Of a stretch of 64,000 bases of DNA, positions 1-8,388 are shown piece by piece (within the stretch, counting starts at the first letter, position 1; the number at the start of each line of letters is the position of its first letter). The stretch is from an uncultured Ferruginibacter sp. Its GTDB lineage: Bacteria; Bacteroidota; Bacteroidia; Chitinophagales; Chitinophagaceae. The notes under the pieces are model-generated. The model had not been told where the DNA came from, searched no databases, and worked only from the letters and a program-made list of their open reading frames with translations. A program made the position numbers and the translations under genes. The stretch spans positions 2,067 to 66,066 of the forward strand of contig CAYOLS010000001.1 of assembly GCA_964404845.1 (NCBI GenBank), written 5' to 3'.

Positions 1-416
1 ACCAGTCGTGGATCATTTTTATCCTGGTAAGTAAATGTTGGAATATACCTGTTATCTGCTGTATTGAATTTTGAAGCGCCCTTCAGCTTATCAAGGTAGC
101 CTGACTGGTACCTGATCTGTGTTTGTGCTTTAATACTATCGTTAAGCAGGATAACAAAATCGAATTTTGTTTGCGGCGTGATTTTTATGGTAATAGAATC
201 AATGTCCGTGTAAAACGTAACCTTCTCACCTTTTGAAGAAGTGGTATATACATCCGGAACGATCTGTGGAGAAATGGTCCAGGCGTTTTCCCTGTATTCC
301 TTTCCGTCACGGATATTCACCTTTGTTGAATTGGCCCTGATCACCCTCGGCTGTGCGTATGTTGCCTGCACTGCCAGCATTAAGAGAAATGGTAAAATGA
401 TTTTTTTGATTTTCAT
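1..416 (-). CDS. Secreted protein, partial (3' end outside the window); possibly transglutaminase-like family
   Basis: Not in the ORF track. Hand translation from ATG at 416 is open to the window edge: MKIKKIILPFLLMLAVQATYAQPRVIRANSTKVNIRDG...FYTDIDSI. Sec signal peptide ends A-T-Y-A|Q, typical of Bacteroidota. The family call is recollection only. Confidence 0.75.
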   Translation of the reverse strand, partial: MKIKKIILPFLLMLAVQATYAQPRVIRANSTKVNIRDGKEYRENAWTISPQIVPDVYTTSSKGEKVTFYTDIDSITIKITPQTKFDFVILLNDSIKAQTQIRYQSGYLDKLKGASKFNTADNRYIPTFTYQDKNDPRL

Positions 417-431
417 GACTATACTTTTTTG

Positions 432-538
432 GCCCATAGACCATAGACAATAGTCCATGGACCAGAATTTATTTCGAATATTTTTTTACGCTTCAACCAT
501 AACGATCGTCTATGGACTATCAACCATGATCTATGGGC
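432..538. repeat. Imperfect 30-bp inverted repeat built from 7-nt periodic units (CCATAGA/TCTATGG)
   Basis: 433-462 CCCATAGACCATAGACAATAGTCCATGGAC against 508-537 GTCTATGGACTATCAACCATGATCTATGGG; 24/30 complementary by manual alignment. Confidence 0.8.
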
Positions 539-1791
539 TATTTCTTCAACACCAGCTCCTCCATCTTCCCATAATTCTCATAGCTGCTGATAACCACTTT
601 ATCGCCCGGCTGCAAACCATTCACCACTTCGTAGTAATCTTTGTTTTGATTACCCAGCTGTATATCTACTTTATATGCGGCAGAGCCGTTCTCTTTTACT
701 TTGAATATCCAGTTGCCGCCTGTCTGCTGGTAGAAGCCGCCTTTGGGTAACAACAGCGCTTGTCTTTCATCGCTCAGCGCTAAAACGATCTGCAAGGTTT
801 GTCCACGACGGATACCTTGTGGCACATCTCCTACAAACTCCATATCTACCTGGAATTTTCCGCCGTTCACCTGCGTATATACTTTTTTGATCTCCAGTTT
901 GTACTCTTTGTTAGCGAAAGTAAAGCTGCCCCTGAGGCCGTTGTAAATGCGGGAAATGTAGTGTTCATCCACATCCACACGCACTTTAAAGCCGCTCATT
1001 ACATCTATTTGTCCAAGTCTTTCGCCTTTATTCTTGCTCTGCCCGATCTCTGCATCCAGCGATGTGAGCTGTCCGTCTACCGGTGCCCTTACAACAAGAT
1101 CACCTACTTTCTGCCTCATTACATTCAGCGCATTTTGTGAACCCTGGTAAGACTGGGAGGCCTGTGCCAGGTTTTGCTTGGTAGAAACCTTATCCTGGCT
1201 GATGATATCGTTCGATAATTTTTTCTTTGCCAGCTGGTAGTTGTAGGCATTCTCACTTTGTTTGAATTCCTGTGAGCCTATTGCTTTTTCTGAATACAGT
1301 TTTTTATTCAGCTTGTATAAACGTTCTGCTTCTGTCAACTGGTTGTCTATATCCGCCTGCTGGTTTAAATTGGTAATGGTATTTTGCTGTGCATTGTTTT
1401 TTGCGATCTGCATTTGTGTAAGCAGGTTGTACACTTGCGTTTCCTGGTTAACAAGGCTCAACTGCAGGTCAGTATTCGACAATCTTAAAATGGGCTGGCC
1501 TTTTTTCATCATGGCACCATCTTCTACATATTTTTCTTCTACCCTTCCACCTTCCAGTGCATCGAGGTAGATCGTATTTAGCGGCAGCACAATTCCGTTT
1601 ACCGGTATATTTTCCTGGAACACGCCTTGCTTTACTTCGCCGATGGTGATACGTTCGGTATCTACATTTAATTTACTTTTGCCCGAGGTGAGATAAAAGC
1701 TTCCGCCGATCAATATCAACAGGCCAACTACGCCTGCGATGGTCATGATCCTTTTTTTACTCCATTTCTTTTTTTCAATAACTCTGTCCAT
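538..1791 (-). CDS. Efflux periplasmic adaptor subunit (HlyD/MacA family)
   Basis: 417 aa. N-terminal TM, lipoyl half-motifs (GGRVEEKYVEDG, VRAPVDGQL), Q/N-rich coiled coil, C-terminal GLQPGDKVV. Confidence 0.9.
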   Translation of the reverse strand: MDRVIEKKKWSKKRIMTIAGVVGLLILIGGSFYLTSGKSKLNVDTERITIGEVKQGVFQENIPVNGIVLPLNTIYLDALEGGRVEEKYVEDGAMMKKGQPILRLSNTDLQLSLVNQETQVYNLLTQMQIAKNNAQQNTITNLNQQADIDNQLTEAERLYKLNKKLYSEKAIGSQEFKQSENAYNYQLAKKKLSNDIISQDKVSTKQNLAQASQSYQGSQNALNVMRQKVGDLVVRAPVDGQLTSLDAEIGQSKNKGERLGQIDVMSGFKVRVDVDEHYISRIYNGLRGSFTFANKEYKLEIKKVYTQVNGGKFQVDMEFVGDVPQGIRRGQTLQIVLALSDERQALLLPKGGFYQQTGGNWIFKVKENGSAAYKVDIQLGNQNKDYYEVVNGLQPGDKVVISSYENYGKMEELVLKK

Positions 1792-1816
1792 TGTTATTTT
1801 TATTTCACAGGTTTAA

Positions 1817-1834
1817 TTGGAACAATGGTGCCAA
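1817..1834 (-). promoter_or_regulatory. Candidate sigma54 (-24/-12) promoter for the HlyD gene
   Basis: Minus strand TTGGCAC-CATTG-TTCCAA: perfect -24 box and variant -12 box, 26 nt upstream of the ATG and divergent from a sigma54 activator gene. Confidence 0.6.
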
Positions 1835-1881
1835 AGCAGTAATCAATTGAAAATCACATAATTAGATTTTTTTCATTTTGA

Positions 1882-1923
1882 AAACTGTCCGGTTTTGATA
1901 CAGTTTATGTACGATAGCGGACA
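1882..1923. promoter_or_regulatory. Tandem enhancer-like (UAS) boxes TGT-N11-ACA and TGT-N10-ACA
   Basis: AAACTGTCCGGTTTTGATACAGTTT (1882-1906) and TGTACGATAGCGGACA (1908-1923), about 50-90 bp upstream of the sigma54 box. Confidence 0.55.
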
Positions 1924-2040
1924 ATCATTCCAGTGATACAGATCTATATTTTCCTTATCCGGAAAATATTAGTTAACAGCCCATTAAAATCATTTTCCTA
2001 AACCTGCTTTATTGTAACATTGCGGTACAGAATTAACCTT

Positions 2041-3384
2041 ATGCAATTAAAAGATGCATGTATATTAATTATTGATGATGATACCGATGTGCTCACGGCG
2101 GTAAGGCTGCTGCTGAAAACAGAAGTAAAAGAAGTATTGGTAGAAAAAAATCCTGAACAGATCCATTCTATTCTTTCCCGCCATGCAGTTGATATCATAC
2201 TGCTGGACATGAATTATAAAAGTGCCATCAATACCGGCAATGAAGGATTTTACTGGCTGAAGGAAATTAAAAAAAAGCAACCCGATCTTCCTGTCATCAT
2301 GATAACGGCTTATGGCGACATTGACCTGGCCGTACGTTCCTTAAAAGAAGGCGCTGTGGATTTTGTGGTAAAACCCTGGCACAATGAACGCCTGATAGAA
2401 ACTTTAAAGACAACGCTCAAGGAAAAAGAAAAGAGTAATAATCCCGGGAGCTGGAATGACAGCAATGGTATTGAAGGCCTTGTTGGGAAATCGCCTGCCA
2501 TGCAGGATGTATTTTTAAAAATAAAGAAACTGGCGCCTACCGATGCAAATATTTTAATACTCGGAGAAAATGGTACCGGTAAGGATGGTATTGCCAAAGC
2601 CATTCACCAGTTCTCCGCAAGAAATAAAAAAGCTTTTGTAAAAGTAGATGTAGGCTCGCTCACTGAATCCTTGTTTGAAAGCGAATTGTTCGGCTATAAA
2701 AAAGGCGCCTTTACCGATGCAAGGGAAGACAGGGCTGGTCGCTTTGAAGCAGCCAATGAAGGCACTTTGTTCCTGGATGAGATCGGCAATATTTCTTTAC
2801 AACAGCAGGCAAAACTATTGACAGTATTGCAGAACAGGCAGGTGACCAAGCTGGGTTCGCATGAAGCCAGGCCTGTTGACATAAGGCTGGTATGCGCTAC
2901 CAATATCCCTTTTCAACAGCTGGCAGATGAATCAAGGTTCAGGAAAGATCTTATTTACCGCATCAATACCGTGGAAATCACCATACCGCCATTGAGACAA
3001 AGGGGCGATGACATTATTCTGCTGGCAGAATATTTTACCGATATCTACTCCCGTAAATATTCCAAAGGGGCGATACAGATAGATAAAAAAGCAAAACAGA
3101 AATTGTCGGCTTATCATTTTCCCGGTAATGTAAGAGAGTTGCAGTATGCCATTGAGCGGGCTGTCATCATGGTGGAAACGGATATGCTTACAGAAGATGA
3201 TATTATTTTTTCTGCACTGGAAAGCAAGCCGGATGACAGTTTTGATACCAACCTGACATTGATGGAAAAAAATACGATACAGCGGGTGGTAGAAAAACAC
3301 AATGGCAATATAACCCGTGCTGCAAAAGAGCTGGGACTTACCCGTACGGCCCTGTACCGCAGGCTTAGCAAATACGATATGTAA
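2041..3384 (+). CDS. Sigma54-dependent response regulator (NtrC family: REC-AAA+-Fis HTH)
   Basis: REC (IIDDD, LLDMN), Walker A GENGTGKD, ESELFG, GAFTDA, Walker B FLDEI, FPGNVREL, C-terminal HTH. ATG 2041 preferred over TTG 2020. Confidence 0.95.
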   Translation: MQLKDACILIIDDDTDVLTAVRLLLKTEVKEVLVEKNPEQIHSILSRHAVDIILLDMNYKSAINTGNEGFYWLKEIKKKQPDLPVIMITAYGDIDLAVRSLKEGAVDFVVKPWHNERLIETLKTTLKEKEKSNNPGSWNDSNGIEGLVGKSPAMQDVFLKIKKLAPTDANILILGENGTGKDGIAKAIHQFSARNKKAFVKVDVGSLTESLFESELFGYKKGAFTDAREDRAGRFEAANEGTLFLDEIGNISLQQQAKLLTVLQNRQVTKLGSHEARPVDIRLVCATNIPFQQLADESRFRKDLIYRINTVEITIPPLRQRGDDIILLAEYFTDIYSRKYSKGAIQIDKKAKQKLSAYHFPGNVRELQYAIERAVIMVETDMLTEDDIIFSALESKPDDSFDTNLTLMEKNTIQRVVEKHNGNITRAAKELGLTRTALYRRLSKYDM

Positions 3385-3387
3385 TTT

Positions 3388-4740
3388 ATGCGCATAAAAA
3401 AATACAAGCTCATCTGGTTCTTCAGGCTTTTGTTATTGTTCCTGCTGTTGTGCGCAGCAGCATTTTGCTTTGCCTATCATTTAAAGATATTGGGCATAAC
3501 AAGCATGGTGATCGCTGTTTTCTATTTTAATTTTTTATATGCGCAATTGCTCAAGCCCTACCGGCAGGTAAGCGAATTTGCAGAAGCAGTTTTTTACAGG
3601 GATTTCTCTAAAAATTACAGCACGAGCCCGGCAGATAAAACGGATCATACATTGAACAGCAGTTTCAATACGATCAATACCGTTTTAAAAGAGCTGAGCA
3701 TTGAAAAGGAAGCACAGTTCATTTACCTGCAAAAAATGCTGGAGCTGATAGATACGGGTGTGATCTCTTACAGGCCTGATACAGGAGAAATTACCTGGAT
3801 GAATGAATCTTTAAAAAACATTATTAAGCTGCCGCAATTCAGGTCGGTATATTTTTTAGAGAAGCGAAATGAAATGTTGTTTGAAGAGATCATTACTTTA
3901 AAAACAGGTGAACGAAAAGTAATATCGATCGATGTAGAACAAGTGCCTACCAAGCTGCTGGTTACTTCCACTTCTTTTATTACCGATGGTATTAATTATA
4001 ACCTGGTAGCTATTAAAAATGTGGATGAAGTAGTGGATGAAACAGAAGCGAAGGCATGGCAGAAATTATTGAGCGTAATGACGCATGAGATCATGAATTC
4101 TGTAGCGCCTATTTCTTCTTTAGCGGATACGCTTAAGAAAAGACTGGCCGCAGAAAAAATACATTTTGCCACTGCAGGCGTGATGGAAGATATTGAATTG
4201 GGAATAGATACCATCAAGACCCGCAGCGAAGGCTTATTGAAATTCACCGCTACTTACCGCAACCTGAATAAAGTAACACAGCTGAATTTAGAACCGGTGC
4301 CCGTGATCGACCTCTTTGAAAACCTGTTACAGCTGATGCAGCCTACATTGACGCAAAAAGATATTGATGCGGAGATCATTCTTAAAAATACCGGCCTGGT
4401 GCTGATGGCAGATATTCATTTTGTAGAACAGGTGCTCATAAATTTATTGGTGAATGCCATTGAAGCAGTGAAGAATAAGAAAGGTATCAAAAAAATTATC
4501 CTGACCGCAGAGCAGAAGCAGCAAAAAATATGGCTGCAGGTGGCGGACAATGGCATGGGTATTGAGCAGGACCTGTTAGATAAAATATTCATTCCTTTCT
4601 TCAGTACTAAAAAAACAGGCAGTGGTATCGGGTTAAGCTTGTGCAGGCAGATCATGCTGCTGCACAAAGGTTCCATTTCCGTGCATAGCAAAATAAATGA
4701 AGGCGCTGTATTTGCGCTCCAGTTCCCGGTTACAGCTTAG
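3388..4740 (+). CDS. Sensor histidine kinase (NtrY-like), cognate of the upstream regulator
   Basis: Two N-terminal TMs, H-box THEIMNS, N-box NLLVNAIEA, G-boxes DNGMGI and GSGIGL; 3 nt after the regulator stop. Confidence 0.93.
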   Translation: MRIKKYKLIWFFRLLLLFLLLCAAAFCFAYHLKILGITSMVIAVFYFNFLYAQLLKPYRQVSEFAEAVFYRDFSKNYSTSPADKTDHTLNSSFNTINTVLKELSIEKEAQFIYLQKMLELIDTGVISYRPDTGEITWMNESLKNIIKLPQFRSVYFLEKRNEMLFEEIITLKTGERKVISIDVEQVPTKLLVTSTSFITDGINYNLVAIKNVDEVVDETEAKAWQKLLSVMTHEIMNSVAPISSLADTLKKRLAAEKIHFATAGVMEDIELGIDTIKTRSEGLLKFTATYRNLNKVTQLNLEPVPVIDLFENLLQLMQPTLTQKDIDAEIILKNTGLVLMADIHFVEQVLINLLVNAIEAVKNKKGIKKIILTAEQKQQKIWLQVADNGMGIEQDLLDKIFIPFFSTKKTGSGIGLSLCRQIMLLHKGSISVHSKINEGAVFALQFPVTA

Positions 4741-5888
4741 GGAATAATTTCCAGCAGGAACACCTGCGACTTTTCGTACTTGCTGAAATTATTATCTGCG
4801 ATCAATATTAAAGAACGATGGCCGTTGTGCAATACCGGCCCGAATGTAATGCCTTCCACGTTATCGACATAGCGATCGATATCATCCATGTTCAGCAATA
4901 ATTTTTTAAGCGCCGGACGATAGGTTTTATTAAGGTGTAATCCTGAAAGATCACTCACATCTGTTGCTGTAGAAAAATCAGCGAGGTAGATTTTAATCGT
5001 ATTCTTAAATGTACCGGTAGAAAAAGATCGTTCCATTACCAGGAACTGGTTGTTGCCTGCATACAGAATCTCTGATACGCCATTAATGGAAAAGCCGGTA
5101 GAAGGATTAGGCTTTTTTGCAACTGCATCCAATTGATAGGCATATTGGGCCAGCGGCTTTTTTGTAGCTGCATCATATTTTGTAAAACGCACCGGTGCGC
5201 CCGAGTAGTTGAACGTTGGTACGGGACCATCTTCAAATAAAGGCTGCTCCATGCTTACATATAAATATTTATAGTCATCAGCGTAGCTGCTTCCTTCTAA
5301 TACACCATTCTCCCTCGCTCCTTTTTCTTCCTTGTACATGTGCAGGTTGGCAGGAATAAAAAAGCTGTCTTTGAAATTACCTTCCAGGTCCATTTCATAT
5401 ACATAGGGATTTTGATAGATCATTTTTCCCCTGCGTACTTCCCGGTCGCCCTCACTTGTCCAAATCAACCGGTTGGTATTGGGATTGTAACGGATCGATT
5501 CAGGATCAGGCGTGCGCTGTGCATTTTCAGAAAAGGAAGGAAATACGGCTCCGCCGGGTTGCTTTAATGTATGCACAGATTGAAACTGTACTTTACTGAT
5601 CCTTTTTTTCGTGATGCTGATAGATGCCGTATAAAAACGTGCAGGTGTTGAATAAGACCTTTCGTCGCTGATAATAAAATAACGATCATTTTTTGCATCG
5701 TAATCAATGCCCGACAAACCTCCAATAACGGTACTGTCAAACACCAGGTTTCTTTTGATCACATATTCATCTAAAAGTTTCAGCCTGCCGATGCCATTAC
5801 TATTAGCGGTAGCAGTAGCCTTTTGTGAAGAAGAACAGGAAGACAATACGATTGCAATAAACAGGAAAAAAAATGTGTTGCGATACAT
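4737..5888 (-). CDS. Esterase-like/phytase-like family lipoprotein (beta-propeller)
   Basis: Lipobox LSSC after start MYRN (5888); motifs GGLSGIDYD, ISD, DPESI, DNVEG, ADNNFS. The ORF-track extension to 6008 runs into a repeat. Confidence 0.8.
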   Translation of the reverse strand: MYRNTFFFLFIAIVLSSCSSSQKATATANSNGIGRLKLLDEYVIKRNLVFDSTVIGGLSGIDYDAKNDRYFIISDERSYSTPARFYTASISITKKRISKVQFQSVHTLKQPGGAVFPSFSENAQRTPDPESIRYNPNTNRLIWTSEGDREVRRGKMIYQNPYVYEMDLEGNFKDSFFIPANLHMYKEEKGARENGVLEGSSYADDYKYLYVSMEQPLFEDGPVPTFNYSGAPVRFTKYDAATKKPLAQYAYQLDAVAKKPNPSTGFSINGVSEILYAGNNQFLVMERSFSTGTFKNTIKIYLADFSTATDVSDLSGLHLNKTYRPALKKLLLNMDDIDRYVDNVEGITFGPVLHNGHRSLILIADNNFSKYEKSQVFLLEIIP

Positions 5889-5949
5889 GCGCCGGTTTTC
5901 CTGCAAATCTATGATGAAAAAAAGCATATTTATATGATAAAAAAGATAA

Positions 5950-6076
5950 GGGTATCCCTGTTTAAAAAAGACCGTCAGGCTGAGCTTGTCGAAGCCGGGT
6001 TTGTGCAATATTTAAGAATGGCTTCGACAAGCTCAGCCTGACATTATTTGTATAAAATTTCAAACAGCGGCACTAC
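5950..6076. mobile_element. Composite MITE/REP-like element, copy 1
   Basis: Perfect 23-bp inverted repeat GTCAGGCTGAGCTTGTCGAAGCC (5974-5996 / 6020-6042), inside degenerate outer ends (right end TTTCAAACAGCGGCACTAC 6058-6076). A homologous copy lies at 27405-27519. Confidence 0.7.
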
Positions 6077-6111
6077 TCAAATGATACGCAAAATGCTTTA
6101 CTTTTACTGCT

Positions 6112-7554
6112 ATGCAAGTACTCACAGATAAGATAAACGAAGTTTTCAGCAAACACAATACCGGCCCGATCCTATCCATTGATAAATTGCCACAAGCGGG
6201 CAGCGACAGGTTGTATTTTCGCATCAATACCGACAGTAAAACCTATATCGCCACTTACGGACCGAATATAAAAGAGAATGAGACTTTTATTTATTTCTCA
6301 CAGCAGTTCAACAAAAAAGACCTTAGCATTGCTACTATTTTTTATGTGAGCGACGACAAGAGTATTTATATACAGGAAGATTTTGGGAATATTTGCCTGC
6401 TGGACAAACTGGAAGAAGAGGGTTTCAATGATCATATCTATGGCCTGTATAAAAAAAGCCTGGGCAAACTTGCCGAGCTGCAGGTCAAAGGGCACGAGCT
6501 GGTAGATTACAGGAAATGCCTCACCAATTCCGAATTTGGCAAACAGGCGATCATGGCCGACCTACTGTATTTTAAATATTATTTTTTAGATGCGCTTGCA
6601 AGGCCTTACGACAAGCAAAAGCTGATAGATGATTTTGAAGCATTAAGCAACTACCTGTCGCATACAGAGCACAAATATTTTATGTTCCGTGATTTCCAGA
6701 GCAGGAATATTATGGTAGATGAAAACGAAGATGTTCATTTCATCGATTACCAGGGTGGTATGAACGGTGCGCCACAGTATGATGTTGCTTCGTTGCTGTG
6801 GCAGGCCCGGGCCAACCTTAGCCAGGAATGGAAGGAAGGTTTACTGGAAGAATACATGAACTCTTTTGAATCCATTGTTGGCAAAAAACTGAACCGGGAT
6901 GTTTTCCGTAGCCAGTACCACGGCTATGTGCTCATCCGTTTATTGCAGGTATTGGGCGCTTATGGTTTCCGTGGTTTGTTTGAACGCAAAGCGCAGTTCC
7001 TTACAAGCATACCGCAGGCATTAAAAAACATCAAATGGTTTTTACAGCACCACAGCGTAGGCATATCTGTCCCTACTTTCATGAATGTGCTGAATATTTG
7101 TATCAGCGATGAAGTGATACAGCAGTTCACACCCATACAGGCAACGGCGGAAACACCGCTGGTAGTTACCATCAACAGTTTCTCTTATAAAAAAGGTATA
7201 CCTGTTGACCCAAGCGAAAATGGCGGTGGCTTTGTATTTGACATGCGGGGTATTCTAAATCCCGGTCGCTTTGATGATTATAAAAAACTATCAGGGCTGG
7301 ATAAGCCTGTAAAAGATTTTTTAGAGCAACGTACCAAAATGTCTGTGTTCCTGAACAGTGTTTTTGATATCGTTGATATTTCTGTAAGCGATTATATTGA
7401 AAGAGGCTTTGCATCACTTGTTGTAAACTTTGGTTGCACCGGCGGCCAGCACAGGAGCACTTATGCGGCTGAAGCGTTGGCAAGACATTTGAAAAATAAG
7501 TTTAAGGTGAAGACGGCGCTTACGCATACGAATCAGGCTAATTGGGTTAGGTAA
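6112..7554 (+). CDS. amgK: AmgK-like anomeric MurNAc/GlcNAc kinase (APH fold) fused to a RapZ C-terminal domain
   Basis: Kinase motifs AGSDRLYFR, QEDFG, RDFQSRNIM, IDYQG, YDVASLL. C-terminal SFSYKKGIP...VFDMRGILNP...GCTGGQHRS matches RapZ/YvcJ CTD. Directly upstream of a murU-like gene. Confidence 0.8.
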   Translation: MQVLTDKINEVFSKHNTGPILSIDKLPQAGSDRLYFRINTDSKTYIATYGPNIKENETFIYFSQQFNKKDLSIATIFYVSDDKSIYIQEDFGNICLLDKLEEEGFNDHIYGLYKKSLGKLAELQVKGHELVDYRKCLTNSEFGKQAIMADLLYFKYYFLDALARPYDKQKLIDDFEALSNYLSHTEHKYFMFRDFQSRNIMVDENEDVHFIDYQGGMNGAPQYDVASLLWQARANLSQEWKEGLLEEYMNSFESIVGKKLNRDVFRSQYHGYVLIRLLQVLGAYGFRGLFERKAQFLTSIPQALKNIKWFLQHHSVGISVPTFMNVLNICISDEVIQQFTPIQATAETPLVVTINSFSYKKGIPVDPSENGGGFVFDMRGILNPGRFDDYKKLSGLDKPVKDFLEQRTKMSVFLNSVFDIVDISVSDYIERGFASLVVNFGCTGGQHRSTYAAEALARHLKNKFKVKTALTHTNQANWVR

Positions 7555-7560
7555 GGAAAC

Positions 7561-7612
7561 GATGAGTGATGAACTATGAGACCTTTGCGAACTTTGCGCC
7601 CACCTTTGCGTT
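7561..7612. repeat. Short periodic repeats: GATGAGT/GATGAAC/TATGAGA followed by 3x CTTTGCG
   Basis: Read directly in the amgK-murU gap. The CTTTGCG unit recurs at 54984-55078. Confidence 0.55.
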
Positions 7613-7644
7613 AAAAAATATAAACTAAGAATTTAATACCGATT

Positions 7645-8361
7645 ATGAAGGCAATGATTTTTGCAGCTGGTTTAGGAACCAGATTTAAACCATGGACCGA
7701 TAAACACCCCAAAGCACTGGCATTGGTGAATGGCAAGTCGTTGCTGCAACGGAATATTGAATATTTACAGGAGTATAGTATTACGGATGTGGTGGTGAAT
7801 GTTCATCATTTTGCAGACCAGGTAATTGATGCGGTCAACAACAATAATGGCTGGGGCAGCAATATCATGATCAGCGATGAAACAGATGAAGTACTGGAAA
7901 CCGGTGGCGGCTTATGGAAAGCAAGGCATTTGCTGGAAGACAATGAGCCGTTCATTACACTCAATGCAGATTTCCTGACGAATCTTGACATTAATAAATT
8001 GCTGCAATTTCACAAAGACAAGCAGGGGCTGATCAGTTTTGGCGTGAGCAACCGCAACAGCTCCCGCAATTTTTTGTTTGATGAAACCAACCGCCTCTGT
8101 GGCTGGATCAATAACAACACCGGTGAAGAAAGAATTTCTATCCACAAAGCAGGTATGATGCCAATGGCTTACAGTTGCGTAGTGGTATTTGAACAATCGG
8201 TGTTCGATCATATTCGCCAGCGTGGGAAATTTTCATTGGTGGACACTTACCTGAGCCTTGCAGCCGAATATCCCATTTATGGATTCGACCACAGCGGCGA
8301 TAAGCTGGTAGATGTAGGCAAGCCCGAAAGTGTAGCGATTGCAGAAAAACTCTTCAAGTAA
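7645..8361 (+). CDS. murU: Nucleotidyltransferase, MurU-like (MurNAc-1-phosphate uridylyltransferase)
   Basis: MKAMIFAAGLGTRF-PWT...PKAL, VVNVHH, LETGGGL, NAD, DVG; amgK-murU adjacency. Confidence 0.75.
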   Translation: MKAMIFAAGLGTRFKPWTDKHPKALALVNGKSLLQRNIEYLQEYSITDVVVNVHHFADQVIDAVNNNNGWGSNIMISDETDEVLETGGGLWKARHLLEDNEPFITLNADFLTNLDINKLLQFHKDKQGLISFGVSNRNSSRNFLFDETNRLCGWINNNTGEERISIHKAGMMPMAYSCVVVFEQSVFDHIRQRGKFSLVDTYLSLAAEYPIYGFDHSGDKLVDVGKPESVAIAEKLFK

Positions 8362-8388
8362 TAATCAATAATCAGTCATTAATAATTA

